In this document: piece after piece, positions 28,346-33,159 of the stretch
How the letters are laid out: each line of letters starts with the position of its first letter
How positions within the stretch are numbered: the first letter of the stretch is position 1
Assembly: GCA_002402275.1 (NCBI GenBank)
Contig: DHFN01000184.1
Coordinates: 2,274 to 35,432, forward strand
Length of the DNA: 33,159 nucleotides
Direction of reading: 5' to 3'
DNA from: Anaerolineales bacterium UBA4823
GTDB lineage: Bacteria; Chloroflexota; Anaerolineae; Anaerolineales; UBA4823
Position numbers and translations under genes: made by a program
The notes under the pieces: generated by a model
The model's input: the letters and a program-made list of their open reading frames with translations, nothing else
What the model was told of the DNA's origin: nothing
The model's database searches: none

Positions 28346-29989
28346 TCAACTCATCTTTGGACCAGCTTCAATGATGGTCTGATCAAATTTATCAGCGAAT
28401 TTTTTGAAATTGTCAACAAATCGAGCTGCCAAACTACGATAACGACGCAAATAAGCATCCTTGTTTGACCAAGCCGAAGCTGGATCCAAAATCGAATCGG
28501 GAACACCAGGACAATGTTTTGGAACAAAGAAACCGAAAATCTCGTCCTGATTATATCCAACATCGGCAAGTTCGCCATTTATGGCAGCTTCCAAGATCCG
28601 CCGGGTATATTGGATGCTAATCCTTTTCCCTATTCCGTAAGGACCTCCAACCCAGCCGGTATTTAATAGCCAGCAATTTACTTTATAGCGCTGGATTTTA
28701 TTTTTTAAAATATTCGCATAGATATAGGGGTGATACACCATAAATGGTCCACCAAAACAAGTCGAAAAAGTGATTTCTGGCTCTTCCCCCAGTCCAACCT
28801 CAGTGCCGGCAATTTTTGAAGTATAACCAGATATAAAATGATAAAGAGCTTGCTCGGTGGATAATTTTGCGATAGGTGGCATGACTCCAGAAGCATCACA
28901 TGTCAACAGCACGATATTCTGGGGGTGTGGAGCAAATTTTTCAGCTAATGAGTTTTTGATATATTCTAATGGATATGATGCACGGGTGTTTTCGGTGATT
29001 GTATCATCATTTAAATCAATCAATCTAGAAACCGGATCGAAGATAACGTTTTCCAAGATCGTTCCATATTGGTGGGTACAAGCATAAATATCAGGCTCAG
29101 CAGTAGGGGATAATCCAATGACTTTCGCATAGCAGCCACCTTCAAAATTGAAGATTCCATTTTCAGACCAGCCATGCTCATCATCCCCGATTAATTTTCG
29201 ATGAGGATCAGCGGATAAGGTTGTTTTCCCAGTTCCTGATAATCCAAAAAAAAGTGCCACATCATTATCCTTGCCCACATTCGCTGAACAGTGCATCGTC
29301 ATCACCCCTTGCTTAGGTAAGAAATAATTCATGATGGTAAAAACAGATTTTTTAATTTCTCCGGCATACCCAGAATTGCCAATAATGCAAATTTTTTGAT
29401 CAAAATCAATCACAATCACAGTGTTGCTGCGAGTTGAATCAATAGAAGGAAATGCTTTAAAGAATGGTACAGCAATAATCGTAAATTCAGGAACATGTAA
29501 ACGATAGGACTCACGATCAGGTAGGGCAATAAACATATTCCGGGCAAACAAACTATGCCAGGCTAGTTCGGTAATCACGCGAACGGGTAACTGATACTCT
29601 TTGTCTGCCCCAGCATAGCAATCTTGCACAAACACATCTTTCCCTTGAAGGTAACCCTGAACCCGGCTGAATAATAGGTTGAATGCTTCAGCACTATAGG
29701 GGTGATTATATTGACCCCACCAAACATCTAGTTCAGCTGTTGCGTCCGAAACGATGTATTTGTCATCAGCGGCTCTAGCAGTATGAGATCCAGTATTGAC
29801 CAGAATTGGACCTCCTTGGGCAATTTTCCCTTCTCCGCGAAATACAATCTCTTCGTATAATGCTTCCACAGGTAAATTCCAATAAACTTTATGTAGATTG
29901 CCTAGTCCAATATAATCCAAACTATAATCGGATTTTACAACAGTAGCTTCTCCTTCGGTAGGAGTTTTGATGTTCAATAAATTATTCAT
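28346..29989 (-). CDS. pckA: Phosphoenolpyruvate carboxykinase (ATP)
   Basis: YAGEIKKS, MHCSAN, FGLSGTGKTTLS, IGDDEHGW, ENTRASYP; start at the ATGA overlap (29989). Confidence 0.96.
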   Translation of the reverse strand: MNNLLNIKTPTEGEATVVKSDYSLDYIGLGNLHKVYWNLPVEALYEEIVFRGEGKIAQGGPILVNTGSHTARAADDKYIVSDATAELDVWWGQYNHPYSAEAFNLLFSRVQGYLQGKDVFVQDCYAGADKEYQLPVRVITELAWHSLFARNMFIALPDRESYRLHVPEFTIIAVPFFKAFPSIDSTRSNTVIVIDFDQKICIIGNSGYAGEIKKSVFTIMNYFLPKQGVMTMHCSANVGKDNDVALFFGLSGTGKTTLSADPHRKLIGDDEHGWSENGIFNFEGGCYAKVIGLSPTAEPDIYACTHQYGTILENVIFDPVSRLIDLNDDTITENTRASYPLEYIKNSLAEKFAPHPQNIVLLTCDASGVMPPIAKLSTEQALYHFISGYTSKIAGTEVGLGEEPEITFSTCFGGPFMVYHPYIYANILKNKIQRYKVNCWLLNTGWVGGPYGIGKRISIQYTRRILEAAINGELADVGYNQDEIFGFFVPKHCPGVPDSILDPASAWSNKDAYLRRYRSLAARFVDNFKKFADKFDQTIIEAGPKMS

Positions 29990-31203
29990 AGCCAATCCCT
30001 TACTAGTTTCCGATCGCCAATGTAAATTTCGTTTGGAGCATTAGGATCCAATGCCCATTTTATTCTTTCTATCCCTGAAATAATGTCTTTGATGCTGCCG
30101 GCAAAGCTTAAACGAATATGTCCTTCCATCCCGAATTCTTTGCCTGGGACTGTAACCACAAGAGCTTTACGTAATAGGAAGTCAGCTAGTTCGACGGAAT
30201 TATTCGAATAAGCTCGAAAATCCGGAAGGCAGTAAAACGTACCATCCGGTGGAATAACTCTAACTCCATTAAAGGTTTTAAGTTCCTGCATCACGACATT
30301 GCGATTATTCTCAATAGTCAAACGAAGCTCTTCAACCACCGATTGCATTCCAGTTAATGCTCCTTCCGCCGCGGCTTGCATCACAATTGATGTGCATGAT
30401 TCAGTTTGAGCTTGAATGTTGTTTAAAACAGCTGCTAATTTACGATTTGTAATCACCCAACCAACCCGAAATCCCGTCATCCCATATAATTTAGATACCC
30501 CATTGATTGTGATAATATGAGTGTTTTCAATATCATTCTGGGTATAACGATAGGCTGGGATGACAACTTTATGATCAAAAACTAATTTATGGTAAATATC
30601 ATCCATGATCAAGTAAATTCCTTTTCGTTCGCAAAAATCTACAATCTCAGCGATGAAAGATTCTTTATAGATGATACCAGAAGGATTATTAGGGCTGTTG
30701 AGAATAATCACTTTAGTGAACGATGTGACGGAATTTTCGATGTCTTCAAACCGGGGATGGAAAGTGCCATCTTCAGGTGTGACGATCACCGGCACACCAT
30801 TGACCATTCTTACAATTTCCGGATAGCTTACCCAATAAGGGGCAAGAATTATCACTTCGTCTTGAGGATTCAATAATGAATAGAATAAGTTAAAGAGAGA
30901 ATATTTTGCTCCAGCAGAAATTACGACGTTTTCGGGTGCCACCAACCGACCATAGTTATCTTCGGTGTAGCGAATAATGGCTTTTTTTAGAGACGGGCTG
31001 CCATCCGATGGAGCATATTTAATATCACCAGAGCTAAGTTTGGCAGCTGCAGCTAGGATCGCGGTGATTGGGGCTTTATTTTTAGGTTCTCCAATTCCCA
31101 AATGGATAACATCTTCCCCGCGTTCACGCAGTTTTCGAGCTTCTTCATTGAGCTTCAATGTAGGAGATTCGGTAATTGAGCGTGCAAGCATACTAATAGA
31201 CAT
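29986..31203 (-). CDS. Aspartate aminotransferase-like PLP enzyme (class I/II)
   Basis: GIGEP, APYWVSYP, NSPNNPSG, DDIY, SKLYGMTGFRVG, IRLSFA; GGAGG RBS. Confidence 0.92.
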   Translation of the reverse strand: MSISMLARSITESPTLKLNEEARKLRERGEDVIHLGIGEPKNKAPITAILAAAAKLSSGDIKYAPSDGSPSLKKAIIRYTEDNYGRLVAPENVVISAGAKYSLFNLFYSLLNPQDEVIILAPYWVSYPEIVRMVNGVPVIVTPEDGTFHPRFEDIENSVTSFTKVIILNSPNNPSGIIYKESFIAEIVDFCERKGIYLIMDDIYHKLVFDHKVVIPAYRYTQNDIENTHIITINGVSKLYGMTGFRVGWVITNRKLAAVLNNIQAQTESCTSIVMQAAAEGALTGMQSVVEELRLTIENNRNVVMQELKTFNGVRVIPPDGTFYCLPDFRAYSNNSVELADFLLRKALVVTVPGKEFGMEGHIRLSFAGSIKDIISGIERIKWALDPNAPNEIYIGDRKLVRDWL

Positions 31204-31504
31204 TCATTTATCCTCCAAGAGTATAAATATTAGCTGATTAGAATTAATTCGTTGAAACAATTGTCCCCGTCTTAAATGCAACAAGTATCAAGTTTAATCT
31301 ATTCTTCATAATGCCTTATTTAAAGCACACATTGAAAAACCGAGCTTCATATTGTACATAATTAACTAAAAATCTGTACTAATTTTAGTGATAATGCTAT
31401 TTAAAATAATTTTATCATGCTCTCAGGATAGTCTTAATAATCAAAAATAATACAATTTGTTTTTGGAAGAGGGGGGTGGGTTTTCAAAATGGATTAAGTA
31501 TATT

Positions 31505-32503
31505 TCAAATTTTGGGGGTTGAATGATTAAAGATTTCATCATACCCCTGATCTAACTCATCATCACTCAAATGAGCATAACGTTGGGTAACACTGATACT
31601 TTTGTGACGAGCTAATTCTTGGGCGAGTTTGAGGTTCCCTCCTGAACCCCTTAGGACAGCGGTCACAAAATAATGCCGAAAAGAATGGGGGGTAATCATA
31701 TCTGCTGCGTCAGGTCCAAGCGCAATTTTGACATGCTGCTCGACAATCGCCCTGCCAGTCGTAGTTGAAATAGGTTTAATTTTTTTCCCAGCTGCCCGGT
31801 CATGCCGAGCAAACACCGGTAGGGAAGGGAGGGGTTTTCCGGAGCTACCATCTAAGTTGGCACGCGCTGCTAGATAGTCTTTAATCGCCTTGATAGAGCG
31901 GCTAGAGAATCTCGCCACAGCTTGTTGATTTCCTTTACCAATGATAATGGCGCGCTGTTCATTCCAATCAATATCTCCGCGGCGTAAATTGCACGCTTCA
32001 TGAATTCGTAAACCGCTATCTGCCAGGGTTAATAACAACGCCTTATCGCGTAACAAGCGTAATCTTTCTGCTTCTGAATCAGGTAACTGGTTAGTAATAT
32101 TTATTGCATAATTAATGATATTATCAATTTCTGTGCGCGGAAACTGGGGTAAACGCTGACCATAACGGCGAGCCCGTTGACGGATGATCATCTTATAACG
32201 GGGAAGGTTTATTTTCAAGGATTCATCAGCACTCAAGTATTCTAAAAAGCGATAGAGAGCAGTAAGATAAAGGCGTTCAGTTGCCGGGGCATAATTATGT
32301 AATGTCTCTATAAAGGCGATAACAGCATCTTCCAAGTTCTTCGAAAATTGGATTGGGTTAGCTGCCTCTTCTAAATCCATACGGAATGCATTCAAAGCAT
32401 TCGAATAACTCCGATAAGTATTTTCACTTCGTGAAGATCGAATTAATTCTAAGAAAGCCGTAATTTGCTCGGTAAGGATTTGAATAAAGGGGGATTCTGT
32501 CAT
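31505..32503 (-). CDS. Xer-like tyrosine recombinase
   Basis: SAM-like N-domain (RSENTYRSY), catalytic R (SGLRIHE), K (GKGN), HxxR (TPHSFRH), H (ARHKS), Y (TQRYAH); 332 aa with no arm-binding extension. Confidence 0.9.
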   Translation of the reverse strand: MTESPFIQILTEQITAFLELIRSSRSENTYRSYSNALNAFRMDLEEAANPIQFSKNLEDAVIAFIETLHNYAPATERLYLTALYRFLEYLSADESLKINLPRYKMIIRQRARRYGQRLPQFPRTEIDNIINYAINITNQLPDSEAERLRLLRDKALLLTLADSGLRIHEACNLRRGDIDWNEQRAIIIGKGNQQAVARFSSRSIKAIKDYLAARANLDGSSGKPLPSLPVFARHDRAAGKKIKPISTTTGRAIVEQHVKIALGPDAADMITPHSFRHYFVTAVLRGSGGNLKLAQELARHKSISVTQRYAHLSDDELDQGYDEIFNHSTPKI

Positions 32504-32526
32504 TTAGGTTTGATCCAAAATAAAAA

Positions 32527-32564
32527 TTTATGCTTATGATAATGTTAGTTATCATAAGCATAAA
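32527..32564. other. Candidate dif-like recombination site (16-6-16 perfect inverted repeat)
   Basis: TTTATGCTTATGATAA-TGTTAG-TTATCATAAGCATAAA; the ATAA-N6-TTAT core matches canonical dif architecture; 23 bp from the recombinase ATG. Confidence 0.7.
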
Positions 32565-32585
32565 CGAATAAATCAATTATGTCAA
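32557..32585 (-). promoter_or_regulatory. Sigma70-type promoter of the recombinase
   Basis: TTGACA (32585-32580)-N17-TATGCT (32562-32557); the -10 lies inside the palindrome arm. Confidence 0.7.
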
Positions 32586-32623
32586 GAGGAAATCTATACC
32601 CCTCTGATGATTTTTCATGAAAA

Positions 32624-33037
32624 TTATTGGGGGTTCTTTTCTTTGAATTTTTCCCAACATCCCTGTACATCACCCTTTCGATGGCTGACGTTCAATTGGT
32701 ATTCGGGAGGAATTCTACCCTTGATCCCATTTAATATCTCCCCTATCTGTCGGATATTTTCTTCTGATAACGCTTTTGTAAGTTCATCCCTTGTTACCCT
32801 TGCCCACTCCCATTCCTGTCTGAAACGATCGGCTTTTAACCAATAACCTCTTTTTTCCCAGGCTGCGCTGGTTGATTCAATACTTTGGACAATTTCATCT
32901 AAAAGAAATACAATATATGCAGCATTATCTAATTTATTATCAATATTATTTTCATAATCAAAAATGGCTTCTGTTATTAATTTCAAGACCTTATTTCGAT
33001 TAGTGGCGTTGTTTTGAGTTTTAATAATCCGGCTCAT
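32624..33037 (-). CDS. Hypothetical helical protein
   Basis: AAGGAG RBS, 137 aa, distinctive WEKRGYWLKADRFRQEWEW segment; no family recognised. Confidence 0.75.
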   Translation of the reverse strand: MSRIIKTQNNATNRNKVLKLITEAIFDYENNIDNKLDNAAYIVFLLDEIVQSIESTSAAWEKRGYWLKADRFRQEWEWARVTRDELTKALSEENIRQIGEILNGIKGRIPPEYQLNVSHRKGDVQGCWEKFKEKNPQ

Positions 33038-33073
33038 ACTGCTGACTCCTTGATTTTTTCATTATACACTTTA

Positions 33074-33102
33074 TTGACGCAATCCAAACCAGCGCGTATA
33101 AT
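33074..33102 (+). promoter_or_regulatory. Sigma70-type promoter of tRNA-Leu
   Basis: TTGACG (33074-33079)-N17-TATAAT (33097-33102). Confidence 0.85.
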
Positions 33103-33113
33103 TTGGATGGCTT

Positions 33114-33159
33114 GGGGAAGTGCTGGAATTGGCAGACAGGCATGACTTAGGATCATGTG
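33114..33159 (+). tRNA. tRNA-Leu (TAG), truncated by window end
   Basis: GGGGAAG-TG-CTGGAATTGGCAGACAG D-arm, anticodon arm CATGA-CT-TAG-GA-TCATG. Confidence 0.93.

Noticed and set aside
31461-31490. G-rich run GAGGGGGGTGGG after the recombinase as a terminator, G-quadruplex or KOPS
   Set aside because: No complementary C-run for a stem, too few G-tracts, and it does not match GGGNAGGG.
32527-32564. Palindrome as a rho-independent terminator of the 137-aa gene
   Set aside because: A T-run does follow on the - strand, so a dual role is possible, but the stem is AT-rich, has dif-type ATAA-N6-TTAT geometry and contains a -10 spaced 17 bp from a perfect TTGACA.
1381-32846. Remaining short ORFs of the six-frame track (60-115 aa)
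   Set aside because: They overlap confident genes antisense or out of frame and show no family motifs.
31505-33159. Recombinase as a prophage or genomic-island integrase at tRNA-Leu
   Set aside because: It lies on the 5' side of the tRNA, has no cargo, excisionase or visible att duplication, lacks an arm-binding domain, and is flanked by housekeeping genes.
1-33159. CRISPR arrays, IS elements, rRNA, tandem repeats
   Set aside because: No spaced direct repeats, transposase or rRNA-like sequence were seen; the only low-complexity tract is the GAC/GAA-rich acidic tail at about 16745-16860.

Overview
Chromosomal window of an anaerobic bacterium, roughly 40% GC by eye; gene content suggests Chloroflexota/Anaerolineae (inference). 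Left to right: a partial SCP2/archaeal-type thiolase, a TIGR01777 epimerase and tRNA-Asp; a corrinoid methyl-transfer module (non-pyrrolysine MttB-family methyltransferase, corrinoid protein, RACo-type activator) divergent from a family-5 ABC importer and a MetV-domain/MetF fusion; rel, a small Cys4/acidic-tail protein, a PfkB kinase and a SAM methyltransferase; a stand-alone hypABFCDE operon with tatA; trmFO-M28-hflX; aspartate aminotransferase-pckA; a Xer-like tyrosine recombinase, a hypothetical gene and a partial tRNA-Leu. The strongest unexplained signal is a perfect 16-6-16 bp dif-like palindrome (32527-32564) directly upstream of the recombinase. It overlaps the recombinase's predicted promoter, and five KOPS-like GGGNAGGG octamers all point toward it. 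This suggests a single-recombinase, self-regulating chromosome dimer resolution module.
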